From Octopus sinensis (taxonomy: Eukaryota), in the NCBI RefSeq assembly GCF_006345805.1, contig NC_043003.1, positions 108,872,001 through 108,936,000 on the forward strand: a stretch of 64,000 nucleotides of DNA, in the 5' to 3' direction. The position numbers were made by a program, and so were the translations under genes. Positions 26,004-39,021 of the stretch are shown piece after piece. Under the pieces are notes generated by a model that saw only the letters and a program-made list of their open reading frames with translations, did not search any database and was not told the origin of the DNA. The number at the start of each line of letters is the position of its first letter. Positions within the stretch are counted from its first letter, which is position 1.

Positions 26004-26989
26004 GTAATTATCTCTAATGTTGGCACAAAGTCAGCAATTTCGAAGGGAAGGAGCAAGCCAATCACATCAACTTGTACAATTTTATCAACTCTGAGAGGAT
26101 GAAAAGCAAATCCAGCTTCATCAGTAATTAGAACATAAAGAATTGGAAATGGTTGTTCCAGCTAGCAGCTCCAATAAAAACCATTTCTACAAGACACAAT
26201 GACTGAAATTTGGGGGAAGAGGGCTGGTCAGTTACATTGTCCCCAAGTGGTTAGTTCATCGATTCACGAAAGGATGAAAAGCAAAGTCAACCTCAGTGGA
26301 ATTTGAACTCAGAATGCAAAGACAAACGAAATGCTGCTAAGCATTTTGTCCTGCATGCTAACGGTTCTGCCAGCTTGCGGGATTAACAACCACCACCACC
26401 AAAATAACAATAATAACCATTTCAAATTTTTGGCACAAAGCCAGCAAGTTCCAGGAAGGCAGGTAGAGTGATTACATTGAGCCCAGTGCTCAACTACCGT
26501 CTATTTCACCAACCCTGAAAGGATGAAAGGCAAAGTTGAGACTTCAGCAGAATTTGAACTCACAATGTAAAGATGGATGAAATGCCACTAAGCATTTTAC
26601 CCAGGGAGCTAACGATTTTGCCAGCTCACCGCCACAGCACCAGATTAAGACATGGGCTTTAGGGTTTTGCAGCCCCTAAAGCCCTTAATCTGATACTATG
26701 TCTAATACTTATTTTAACAAACTTAACAAAATTAAATATAAGATTGGCCCAAGTAGGATTGGAAACCACAATCATCGAGGAATGAAATCATACACTGTTA
26801 AGTACTGAGTACACTGTTGTACTATTAGTGCAGGAATGCTTACTAATAAGTTACGCACTATAGGATGTTCATCATCATCATCATCATCATCATTGGGAAA
26901 TCAATAGCTGCATGAATTATACAATAGTCCCACAAGAGGAAATAGAGAAAAGCCACAATGGGAAATTAAGAATTATTATGTATGTACTA

Positions 26990-27225
26990 ATTAATCACAG
27001 GAGACTATAATTAAAAGCATGAGAGAAGGAAAGAGAAAGAAGTGTGTGAGGCAGAGTGGAGAAAGAGGCAGGTGTAGTGAAAGGTGAGGAATGAAGAAAG
27101 AGAGAGCACAAATAGAGGGAGAGAGAGAGGGGGGAGGGAAAGAAAATGAGCAAGAAAGACAAAACAGAGGAGAGGGAGAGAGGGAGAGAGAAAACAAGTG
27201 GAGAAAGGAAAAAGGGGAACTAAAG

Positions 27226-27259
<34 letters not shown>

Positions 27260-27430
27260 TGACAAAGAAGGAGAGAGAAGCAAGGACAGGGAGACAGAGG
27301 AACAAATAGAAAGCATAAGAGAGTCGGAAGAGTAATGGAGAGAAAGGAAAATGGGAAGAGATGAAAGAAGAAAGGGAGAGAAAGAGGATTAAGTAAAAAC
27401 TGAAAGAAAATGATAAAGGAGTGAAAAAAA
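26990..27430. repeat. GA-rich low-complexity tract
   Basis: Polypurine (GA)n/(GGA)n mix. Confidence 0.9.
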
Positions 27431-27595
27431 ACAAAAAAAGGAAAGTACTTTAGGGACAACAGCTAAGTAAAATATTTAAATCTTCTCTAGCATAAACAAC
27501 ACTTTAACAATGTTAATCTGATATATTATTACTCAGGAGATTATTGACGGAAGACTAATTACAAACCATCACCAAAACAACAGAAGGTATCTTAC

Positions 27596-27703
27596 CCCTA
27601 CCTCCATGTAGTAGAACATGGAAGTGAGGAAGAAAATAGCTAGATATCCTACATAGCAGTAGGCCCTCCTCGACCACCAGGCCACAGATCATTTGGTACT
27701 GAG
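27596..27703 (-). CDS. Candidate internal exon (108 nt, or 102 nt with the upstream donor)
   Basis: Acceptor aattctttctgtgcAG; tandem donors GAG|gtaggg and GGG|gtaaga; GC-rich unique sequence. Symmetric phase-1 frame AQYQMICGLVVEEGLLLCRISSYFLPHFHVLLHGGR. Confidence 0.4.
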
Positions 27704-30700
27704 CTGCACAGAAAGAATTTTTTAATTTTATTTCTATTTTATTGGCTATTGCAGTCCGCAGGGCTTTTTGCATTCTACTTGTATTACATCTAATATAATA
27801 AACGTGAAAACTAATTTCTGTGTGAAACACTTAGATCCTCTCTCTCTCTCACTATTCAATGACACTCCTACTATTCCTCATGATGGGGTGAGAGTAACAG
27901 TAGGCATAGAGATGGTGAGGGCAGTGGTGTAGACAGAGAGAGAGAAAAAGAAATTTAGTGAGAGTTGATGATGGCAGTGGGAGTAATAAAAGAGAAAGAG
28001 TGGGTGTATGAGAGAAAGAGGGAGATGATGTACAACTGTTTAACCATGTCTCTTTGACAGAAATTCCTGTTGCCAACATACTGAACACTATCATTTTGGT
28101 TTTATTTTTTGCTTTCTTTAACACACACACACACACACACAAAATACACTTTAACTGAAATAAAGTTTCCCCAAAACTAAACACATATAATATATGTGAA
28201 TGTGTGTCTCACTTTTTCAACTTTAATAAATGCTTTCTACTGGAAGCACAAGGCCCGAAATTACATCAACCCCAGCATGTAACTGGTACTAATTTTATCA
28301 AGGCTGAAAGGCAAAACCTAACGGCAGACGAAATACTTGTTTCTTTACTGCCCACAAGGGGCTAAACATAGAGGTGACAAACAAGGACAGTCAAACAGAT
28401 TAAGTCGATTATATCAATCCCAGTGCATAACTGGTACTTATTTAATCGACCCCAAAAGGATGAAAGGCAAAGTCGACCTCGGCGGAATTTGAACTCAGAA
28501 CGTAACGGCAGACGAAATACCACTAAGCATTTCACCCAGCAGGTTAACAATTCTGCCAGCTTGCTGCCTTAATATAATACAATAAATGTGTCAGTGTGTC
28601 ACACTTTTTCAACTTTACTCCTAGAGGCCATAGCCCAACATATCATACTATTTTGGAATCAGGCTGACCCCATGAGTAAATTAAAGACATTCCAGACTGA
28701 AACTGGACCCACAATCTTGAAATTTTGGATTCCTATGTTTTCATTGCTGTGATTGTTTTTGGCATTTTTTTTTTTTTTTACATGATTTTTTGACAAATAT
28801 GGATTTGAACTCAGAATGTAGAGAGCCAGATGATATGCTGTAACACATCATTCTGCTGATGTGCCAATGTTCCTGCTACTCTCCCACCCACTAGAGCAAT
28901 GTAAAATGAAGTGTTTTGCTCAAGAACACAACACACCACCCTATCTTGGAATTGAACCCACAATCTAGTAATCGTGAATGCAACACCCAAACCTTCAGGC
29001 CACATACCTTCACATATATGTATTAGATATGTAATATTTCGATTATGTATTATGCATTTTGTTTTGTTATGCATGTAATCCCCTGGTCTGGGGGAAAAAA
29101 ACTGTCTTGCATGAAACCAGTCTGCAATTAAAAAAAAGGAACAAAATGAAAAACCTACATTAAATTGCATGCTGTGTAAGGCCACTGTGTTGGTTTGTTT
29201 ATGTCCCCATTAACTTGGCAGTTTGTCAACAGACCAGTAAAATAAGTACTGAACCAGTCTGTGATGCAAAAAAGGTTGGGGACTTCTGCTACATAGGGAA
29301 CGAAATGAAGGCTTTATATTAAATTGCATGCTATAAGACCACTTTTACATCATATCGATTTATTCTCCATAGGAGTAGATTTCACAATCATATGGTCTCA
29401 GGACCAATCCCTAAGAGAGGCACCAAGGATAAGTGTCCTCTACTTTAGCCCCAGGCTGACCACTGCCTTGTGAGTGGATTTGGTAGACAATAATTGTGTG
29501 GAAGCCAGTCGTGTGTGTGTGTGCATGTGTGTGTCCCTACATTGCTTCACAACCTGTGTCTGTTTACATCCCCATAACTTAGAAGTTCATCAAGAAACTG
29601 GTAGAATAAGTACCAGATTTAAAAAGAACAAGAACTGGGGTCAATATGTTTAATTAAGCCCTTCAAGTGCCAGTAGGGCCACAGTCTAACGACTGAAACA
29701 AGTAAAAGAATAAATACCAATAATGAATGAATGGCAAAGTTATTTTACTAAAATTGTTGATGGTTTTCGTAATTGAATCGAAGGCAATATGTTTTTAACA
29801 GAAACATTAGCTACATGAAGGCACCATTATCAATCAATTAACTTGAACTGTGTAATATGTGGGAGTTTTTTCTGTCGCACTCAGTGGGTTTCCCCAATCA
29901 AACTTGAACTGAAAATACAATCAATAACAATCTCAAGATACCATATTTTACACACAGTGAAATGCAATCATAAATGAAAGTGACCATCACCGAAGAATAA
30001 ACGCAGTGTTGAGGAGGCAAAGACTATCCTTCTCAAAGTTATAAGCTATAGCTAGAATCACAAATATTGGCACAAGGGTAGTGAAATAGTGCAAAAAGGG
30101 GTCAGACTAGCTTAAAGAAACTACATACTTAACATACACAATTTACATTGTATATAAACAGACTCTCTATTATGAGGCTAGGGTGATTCAAAGAAACTAT
30201 TTTCTAAATGTGTAACATAGACAAGATATAATTAGAAACTTTAAGCACCATATGGATCAAATACACGTCTTGTTTTATTTAAATTTTTTCTATATTCACC
30301 CACCAGCCTTAACTTGTTCAACCTTCCCAATTTTCTTTTTTATATAGAAGAGAAAAAAAAGGCAGACTTGTACACAACATTACAATTTATTGCATAACAT
30401 TAACAGCCTCATTTGACATTAGCATCCAACAGATCAATATCAACCTATTCCTGACCATATTTGTTGAAATATACAGTTAATTGCTTGAGTTAATTTTTTA
30501 AAATATTGAAGAATTTAGTCAATTTTGTCATTATTTAGTTGATGCTGACGTTTGGAATGTAATTTCAGAGGCTACTTTGATAGAAGCTTTAAATTGAAAT
30601 CACTTTAAACAGGACAGTCTCAGGCAGGTTGATATCAAAAGGGTTGGAGAAAAAAAATCTGATGTAAAGTGCAAATAATTCTAATTTTTAACACAAGGCC

Positions 30701-31045
30701 AGCAATTTTCAGTGAGTATATAAGTCGATTACTTCATCCTCAATGCTTAACTGATACTGATTCCATCAATCCCCCCCAAAAAAATTAATCTCAGGGAATT
30801 TAAACACAGAATGTAAAGAGGAACAAAATGCCACTAAGTGTTTTATCTGACATACTAACAATCTTGTCAGCTCACTGCCCTTGTAAATAAGGAATTTCTC
30901 AACCTAAAAACAATTTTCCAACTGGAATCCCTAAAATCCATCTTAGGTTATGAATTTATGGATATTCATTATAATTGGAGTTAAGAAAGAAGTAAAAGAA
31001 GATCATTAAGCTGTTTACCGCTATTAAAAAAAAAAAGAAGAGGGG

Positions 31046-31197
<152 letters not shown>

Positions 31198-33050
31198 ATG
31201 CACAAATGCAAGAAGGTGCATGATGCAGCATAGAAATAAAGCTTGAACACTAAATATAGAAAATTTGAAGAAGGTGGATAGAAATGAATTCAGTATTACC
31301 TCTGAATCTGTGTGATGATAACATGTTAAACATGAAATATGAAATGCAAGAAGATGACAACTAGGCATTAAGTTGGTGAGTATGTACAAGAGGTTTTGTA
31401 CTGCTATGGGCATATAATGCAAATGCATGACACCTGCTGGGTGAACATGTGCTGTGAGTTGACAGTGGAAAAGCTATCTGAAGCAAAAAGCACGTGAAAT
31501 ATATCCTTTACCTCTGAGTATGTTTGACTAATCAGACCAGATGATGCAGTATTGTGAAGATTGTTCATGATGTATATTCTTGCTGCAGACCTGCCCCCAA
31601 CATTTGCCAGCAGGGAATAACAACACATTAAAGTTATGATTTACATGAGAGATATAACATATCACAGTGTGAGAGCCTGTTAAATTTGAATCTCTATCAA
31701 GATTCTTCAATGATGGTTCTTAGGTTTGTGCCAATGCTGTTCTAAGAATCTCTTCTTTGCCAAAACACAAATCTAAACACCCAGTAAATGTTGCCAAAAT
31801 AATTCTTTTAATCTTTTTTTCATTATTCAATCACAGTAAACAAAAAAATATATATAAAGAACACTAGCAATGATATCGGTTCTGCTGAAAATCACCTTGG
31901 CCAAGTGTCTAACTATAGCCACTGGTCACCAATAATATTTGTATGTGAGCTTGGTAGACAAACTATGTGTAAGCCTGTTGTGTGCATGTGTATGTGTGTG
32001 TGTATAAGTGTGTGCGTGTGTGTGTGTGTGTGTGCATGCAAGTCTGTGTTTGTCTCCACACTGCTTGACAACCAATGCTGGACTGTTTACATCCCCATAA
32101 CCTAGCAGTTCGGCAAAAGAGATCAATAGAATACCAGATTTAAAAATATGGGCACTGGGGTCAATTCGACTAAAATTCCTCAAGGCAGTGCCCCAGCATG
32201 GCCACAGACCAATGATTGAAACAAGTAAAAGAATAAATGAGACAACAGCTCAAGATTAAACACAATCAAACAAGCATCTTTGGACATCTTCAACCAAAGC
32301 TGAAGCAGATAAGATCCAACACTCCATAACTGGCCACCTCTGCAAACTTTTTTTTATCTAGATGCCACCTCAACATCTATTCAATAAGTTCCATTAAGTA
32401 ATCAGATTCTGAAATTAGTTCTCTTGAATTAACTTGATTTAGATAAAAAGGAAACGTCTGTTTATAATAAACCATGACAGCTATTTATAGGCAAATAAAC
32501 ATTCTGTTTTAGGGGATAGAAAATTCAGTAACTGAAAATCATTCAATTTATTTTTGAAAGGACAAAATATAAATAAATATTCAATAGAAACTAAATTTTG
32601 AATTGATATATTTTTGCAAAAATCTTAATCTGTATATTAAAAAATTGTTAAAATTGTTTTATCAATGTGAAATTTCAAACTGAAAATAAATGCAAATTTA
32701 AAGCTAATTACACTATGCTGTGGTGTGCGTGCGAGCGAGAGAGAGAGAGAGAGAGACTATGAAGACCAGTTCTTAAATGAAGTTATTTCCAGCTTCCAGT
32801 GAAAGATATCATTAGCATTAACTCTTTTGATACCACCTTGGCTCTATGATACAAATTCCCTATTTCAAAGAGAGTTAAATTAAAAATTTCCATCAAAATT
32901 TCATGTTAATTCATATTCCAACCATGACAGAATTACTTTTATTAAATTTTTCATTCTTTTCAAAATAAATTGAAACAAATGCAGTATATTATCGTTATTT
33001 AATATCTCTTTTCCATGCTGGCATGTGTTAGATGGTTTGACAGGATCCAG

Positions 33051-33681
33051 ACCTGGTGGTTTATCACAACACTGCTTTACGGCTGCGAGTCCTGGGCGGT
33101 CTACCAGCGTCATGCCAGGAAGCCGAACCACTTTCATACAATACGCCTCAGAAAACTTCTCGGCATAAAGTGGGAGGATAGGATCCCGGACACTGAGGTA
33201 CTAATACGTGCAAACCTGCCCAGCATCCATACCATCTTGATGCAGTCTCAGGACACGTAGCTTGCATGTCAAACAATCGATTACCAAAAAGATTGCTCTT
33301 TGGCTAGCTGCGAAAGTGAAAGCGCTCACAAAGCAGCCAGAAGAAGCGCTTTAAGGACACACTGAAAGCCTTCAACATCAACCATGACACTTGGGAGCAT
33401 TCTGCTCTAGACAGAGAAGGATGGCGATCAGCTGTTGACAAGAGTGCCAACCCATGCGAGACCAAAAGGATCACTGCTGCAGAAGACTGCAGACAAGCCA
33501 GGAAGAACAGAGCTAACAACCCAGTAGCAGGCGCTACCATTCCCTGTCCACACTGTCAAAGACTCTTTCGGGTGCAGATTGGCCTCACTAACCATCTGCG
33601 GACTCACAAAACAAGCCCACCCCCACCCCAGGATGACTTGATGGTCTTCGTTGCATCGACAAACTACACACACAAACTACA
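33051..33681 (+). mobile_element. 5'-truncated RTE/Bov-B-like LINE with C-terminal C2H2 finger, nested in an RTE 3' UTR copy
   Basis: TTLLYGCESW...LRKLLGIKWEDRIPDTEVL...KRFKDTLK...CPHCQRLFRVQIGLTNHLRTH. 13-bp TSD TGACAGGATCCAG at 33038-33050 and 33682-33694. Confidence 0.93.
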
Positions 33682-35395
33682 TGACAGGATCCAGCAAAGA
33701 ACAGGACTGTGCCAAGATCCAGTGTCAGCTTTGGCATGTTTTTCTAAGGCTAGATGCCCTTCCCAATGCCAACCCCCTTACAGTGTGTACTAGGTGGGTT
33801 TTTTGTTTTTTTGTGACACCAGCACGAGTGAGATTGCCAATTAAATTGTGAAACAAGAAAGAGAAAAGCTCCATCCATGACTAAGTGGGGTGGAGCATGA
33901 GGATGGGGGAGGTGACTTTTATGCCAGGTGTTGAGAGGCAGAAAGAGACCAGAACAGATATCTTGCTATAGAGGAGACACATGGCTATTCCATATTATAA
34001 GGGTGAGTAGCAGTATCTGGAAACTTGAACAGTAAAATGGTAAGAAAGGAGTTAAATGCAGTCATGAGTCCAACTAACCTAACAAAATCGGAGAAAAACT
34101 TGCAGAATGTTGGATATTAGTGGAAAGAAGAATAATGGTAAAACCATACGGAAACAAATCAAATATGCAAACAAGGAAAGATTTTGAAAAACCAGATAGC
34201 AAAAATGGTAAAAGCATCAAACAGCCTAACAATATGTAGCTTTATTTCTTCAAGCTCCGTGTTCAAATCACCAATTATATCTGTTTCCACCAAGAAAATC
34301 AATATCCAATATTTATCCTAAAGATTATTAGGAGACATCAAACACCAGGTGATCAACTTAAGTGACTTCAGAGGAAAATAGGGAAATAAAATGTCGTGGC
34401 ATCAACCCTTTTGTTACCATATTTCTATTGAAACACAGTCTTTTGTTTTAATTGATTTTGAGAATAATGAAGAATTTGATAAAATAACTTTGTCATTTAT
34501 TAAGCTGGTGTTTGGAACATAAATAAACACGAATCTTTGATAGGTTTTAATGTAAAAGACATTAAAAGAGGAAACCTATATCAGGGAACCAAGGACAATC
34601 TCTAATGCATTGGGATGAAAAGAGTTAATACATTACATGGCAAGTGAAATGGTAAAATTGCAAGAACTTCCTTGAGATATTGGAACTTCACACTGCTTTT
34701 CAGCCCTAGGTCAAGTATGGTTGATTAGATTTAATTATCAAGTGTATACTGGTTATGAAAATCCTTATTTTTTTCCGAAAGGTGTGTCTAGAGCCCTGTT
34801 TCTCAACCTTTTTTGTCTATGAATCCCTTTGATTCCTATTTTACTTGAATGTACCCTCCTAGCCATTTGATGCTTAGATAAAATCCTATTGTATTCTTAT
34901 AATTAAATACTATTAGGAGTTGGATGAAAAAAATTGATAAAATATTTTGTAGATTGTAGAACAAAACCTTTTATGGGCCTTAGTTAAGAATAAGGAATAT
35001 AGAGCTACGTCTTCTAAGCATCCTTTTCATTTAAGATGCTAGAGGGTGATTTGAGGGAGATTTGGCTACTATGACTAGCAGGTTGAGAATATAAAATATT
35101 ACACCAAGGAAAACATTTTAAAAAAAATAAATCGTGATGAGGAGTGGAAGGAGAAAATGTTGGAAATGGGTGGAGAATTAGTAACAATAACTGACAGGTA
35201 CAGCCCAACAAGAACTGAGAATACTTCCTGTTGTTCAATAACCTTTGCCCTTAATGTTTTAGTGAGCAACTAGAATGAGGAAGCAAGCAGGAATTCGTAT
35301 CATTGTGGAGGAAGGAAGTTATTGAAAGCTTTGTTATTTTTAATTGATAGTAATAAATCATTTGGAAATTAATTTTATCACACTAAGATGCATGT

Positions 35396-35432
<37 letters not shown>

Positions 35433-35514
35433 AATATGGTATTTAACAATCTAATTATACTAACAAGGATAAATTAAGATAATTTTTGACATGAATCTAT
35501 ATAAATGATACATA

Positions 35515-35920
35515 GGCGCAGGAGTGGCTGTGAGGTAAGTAGCTTGCTTACCAACCACATGGTCCGGGTTCATTCCCACTGCATGGCACCTTGGGCAAGT
35601 GTCTTCTACTATAGCCTCGTGAGTAGATTTGGTAGACGGAAACTGAAGGAAGCCCGTTGTATATATGTATGTATGTATGTATGTATGTGTGTGTATATAT
35701 ATATATACATACATATATTTGTGCATATGTTTGTGTGTGTGTTTGTCCCCCCAACATCGCTCGACAACCGATGCTGGTGTGTTTACGTCCCCGTAACTTA
35801 GTGGTTTGGCAAAAGAGACCGATAGAATAAGTACTAGGCTTACAAAGAATAAGTCCTGGAGTCGATTTGCTCGACTAAAGGAGGTGCTCCAGCATGGCCA
35901 CAGACTAAAGGAGGTGCTCC
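35515..35920 (+). mobile_element. SINE family A, full-length
   Basis: Collinear with the other copies; contains a local 30-bp duplication near its tail. Confidence 0.92.
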
Positions 35921-35934
35921 AGTATATACATATC

Positions 35935-36190
35935 CTCATCATCATCCCTCAACATTTGTTTTCTATGTTGGCATGGATTGGAGAGTTTGATCAGAGCTGT
36001 GCCGGGTGGAGAGCTGCGCCGGGTGGAGAGCTGTGCCGGGTGGAGAGCTGTGCCAGGTTCCAGTCTGGTTTGGCTTGGCTTCTATGGCTGGATGCCCTTC
36101 CTAACATGCCAACCACTTCACAGTGCATGCTGGGTGCTCTTAATGTGGCACCAGCATGAGCACTTTTACATGGCACCTGCACCAGACTTT
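35935..36190 (-). mobile_element. RTE 3' UTR fragment containing a 17-bp tandem repeat
   Basis: Family motif ggatgcccttcctaac..gccaaccac; (AGAGCTGYGCCGGGTGG) x~3.8 at 35993-36056. Confidence 0.8.
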
Positions 36191-36478
36191 TGCAGGCCAA
36201 TCCTCTTCATCAAGGGCAGCAGCTTAACACTTCTGCTGAGGAGGATGGGCCTTCTTGAGTACAAGGTACTCCCTACACACACACAGAGGTTTGGTGAAGC
36301 AAACAAGAAAATACAACTCAGAACACGAGTATATATATATATATATATTTTTTTTTTCTTTCTTTCTAAATTATCACAAGTCACAGGGTTATTCCAGACT
36401 CCAGAGCCAAGAATGTTGTGCACCAATAAGTGCCAATGCACGAAACCCTCAGCCCTTGAGTCACAGTAACTAAATGTA

Positions 36479-36843
36479 TCTCTATATATATATGAAACAG
36501 CAAAATGCCTGTCTGTCTATGTGTGTGCGTGTGTCCTTTATACAAATCCACAATTTTTCAGTTAGAGGGCTCGCACTTTCTATGGTCATTCAAAACTGTC
36601 CAAGGGTGGTCGTGCACATCTTTACATTTCCCCAGTCACCCCGCAAAGACATTAAAAAATCAATAGAAGTGACTTTTTGTGGATTTTTTATCCAAAACCC
36701 AATCAAAATGCCCGAAACTTGATACGTTAATTGAATGCCAGCTAGCTGTATGTGATTGGTTGGAGATTTGGACAGTATCCGCGTGTATGTGCGCACGCAC
36801 GTGGCTGTATTTGCATGCACTAGCACTATGACCCGGCATTGCC
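36479..36843 (+). mobile_element. Non-autonomous Helitron-like element, 3' palindrome cut in half
   Basis: A|TC start with tctatatatata. Collinear with 50847-51216 up to GACCCGGCATTGCC, then switches to LINE sequence. Confidence 0.85.
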
Positions 36844-38414
36844 TGTGCTTGTGTGTGCTTTTTCCAGTGTGTGTGCTTTTATGGCTACGTGTGTGTTTGC
36901 GACTGTATTTGAGGGTGTGCTTGTCTGTCTCGGAGCATAGTCCTGTTTACCTGAAGAGGGTGGGTTTTTCCATTTCCGCCTTCTTTTTGAAGGTTCCACG
37001 GTGAGCAACTCCTGGTTGTTGTTGTTTTCTCCCGCTGTCCGCTGTACTTCGGCAATTGGTGGGCACGATGTGGCTGCTATTTCTAGCGGTGTGGTCGTTG
37101 TCTTCGGCATCGTGCTTGCCTCTTCTGCTGCGTTTTCTTTGGCTGTCTTCTTCTTACAGCTCGACCTTATGTGGCCTTTCTCGACACATTTGTAACAACT
37201 GGGCTTTCTCCCCTCGACTACCACCATCAGGCTTGTATTTTCTCCAATTGTAAGGGAACTGGGCATTTTTTCTGAAGGGGGTTTGCTTGGATGACAAGCT
37301 CTAAATCTTGTCCAAACCAGTTCAAGTGGTGGTATCTCTTAGATTGAAGAATTGAAATTTCTTCTTCTTTGCCTATGAGAATAGTGGCTATCACCCAGGC
37401 CACATCTATTTCGGGTCGTATATCCGTGACTGTGACTTTTGAAGTTCTTTCTTTCCTAAGTAAGTCGGCAGGAGAACTACTTCTTCTGACTTCAATGCTC
37501 TTGTTGAATGTTCCCTAGCTTTTTCTTCGATAGGGAAACACACCTCTACAGTGCCGAAGCAACTACCCCTCGTTATGTAGCTTGTTTGTTGCCATATCGG
37601 CCTCAAGCATTTTTCGATCGCTTCCCTCGGTACAAATTCGATTTTTTTTAGTTTTTACATGGTATGTTTTGTATATGACAGTTTTTCTCTCCGTCGCGTA
37701 AATTAATTGACTGGGAGGGAGCAACTTCACATTATCACCTTTTTTTTTAGTAGTCCTTGGTATTTCTTTAATTCTTCCTTGTTAATGACTATATTTTCAC
37801 AGGGGCGAGTTGCTGCACTTGCAAAATTAATTCTTGACTTTTCCTGTTGTGTAGTAGCTTCGCTAGACATCTTGTCGTCTGCTTTTGTAACGAGCGCGTG
37901 AGACGCCTTTTTACTTCTACCTTCCTCCTCCCACATTTTCGCCTCTACACCTTTACCTTCCTCCTCCCACATTTTCGCCTCTACACCTTTACCTTCCTCC
38001 TCCCACATTTTCGCCTCTACACCTTTACCTTCCTCCTCCCACATTTTCGCCTCTACACCTTTACCTTCCTCCTCCCACATTTTCGCCTCTACACCTTTAC
38101 CTTCCTCCTCCCACATTTTCGCCTCTACACCTTTACCTTCCTCCTCCCACATTTTCGCCTCTACACCTTTACCTTCCTCCTCCCACATTCGCCTTCATGC
38201 CTTCAAACAAATTTTCAAAGTTTTCCTCCAACTCCGAAGAAATTGGTGGCAAATTCATGTTTTTCGCTGCTTCCCCCTGAAACAAGGGGGAAAGAATGGC
38301 AAAACTCTGCTGCAACAGCAGAAAAGAAGTCGTCTCGACGACCAAAACAGCAAATTTTCAAAATTTTCAGCACAAAAACAATCTTTCAGTGCGGAACAAA
38401 GAATAACACGACTG

Positions 38415-38417
<3 letters not shown>
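36844..38417 (-). mobile_element. L1/Tx1-like LINE 5' UTR + degenerate ORF1 (gag-like CCHC zinc knuckle); ORF2 absent
   Basis: ORF1 from ATG ~38258 with frameshifts and stops. CYKCVEKGHIRSSC (C-X2-C-X4-H-X4-C) at ~37156-37197, preceded by VVVEGRKP. 5' end reads TCAGT. Confidence 0.8.
37920..38190 (-). repeat. 36-bp coding minisatellite (MWEEEGKGVEAK x7 + partial) inside LINE ORF1
   Basis: Identical units ccttcctcctcccacattttcgcctctacaccttta. Confidence 0.97.
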
Positions 38418-38459
<42 letters not shown>

Positions 38460-38788
38460 AAGAGCAGAGAGAGAGAGAGAAAGAGCAGAGAGAGAGGGGA
38501 GAGAGAGCAGCGAGAGAAAGAACAGAGAGAGAGAGAGAGCAGAGAGAGAGAGGAGAGAGAGAGAGAGAAGAGAGAGAGAGGAGAGAGAGAGAGAGAAGAG
38601 AGAGAGAGAAGAGAGAGAGAGAGAAGAGAGAGAGAAGAGAGAGAAGAGCAGAGAGAGAGAAAGAGCAGAGAGAGAGAAAGAGCAGAGGAGAGAGAGAAAG
38701 AGCAGAGAGAGAGAGAGAGAAAGAGCAGAGAGAGAGAAAGACAGAGAGAGAGAAGAGCAAGAGGAGAGAGAGAAGAGCAGATGAGAGA

Positions 38789-38819
<31 letters not shown>

Positions 38820-39021
38820 AAGAGCAGAGAGAGAGAGCAGAGAGAGAGAGGAGAGAGAGAGCAGAGAGAGAGAGGAGAGAGAGAGAGCACAGAGAGAGAA
38901 AGAGCAGAGAGAGAGGAGAGAGAGAGAGAGGAGAGAGAGAGGAGAGAGAGAGAGGAGAGAGAGAGAGCAGAGAGAGAGCAGAGAGTGATCAGAGAGAGAG
39001 CAGAGAGAGAGAGAGAGAGAG
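38418..39021. repeat. Imperfect (GA)n array, ~600 bp
   Basis: (GA)n with recurring AAAGAGCAGAG variants. Confidence 0.96.

Noticed and set aside
27680-27703. Selenocysteine or A-to-I-rescued TGA in the transmembrane-like frame
   Set aside because: No SECIS or local duplex could be identified, and another frame is fully open; too speculative to list as a feature.
29843-29908. 66-nt minus-strand exon candidate FKFDWGNPLSATEKTPTYYTVQ
   Set aside because: Weak donor, and the ends coincide with a short direct repeat (acttgaactg); not distinguishable from chance.
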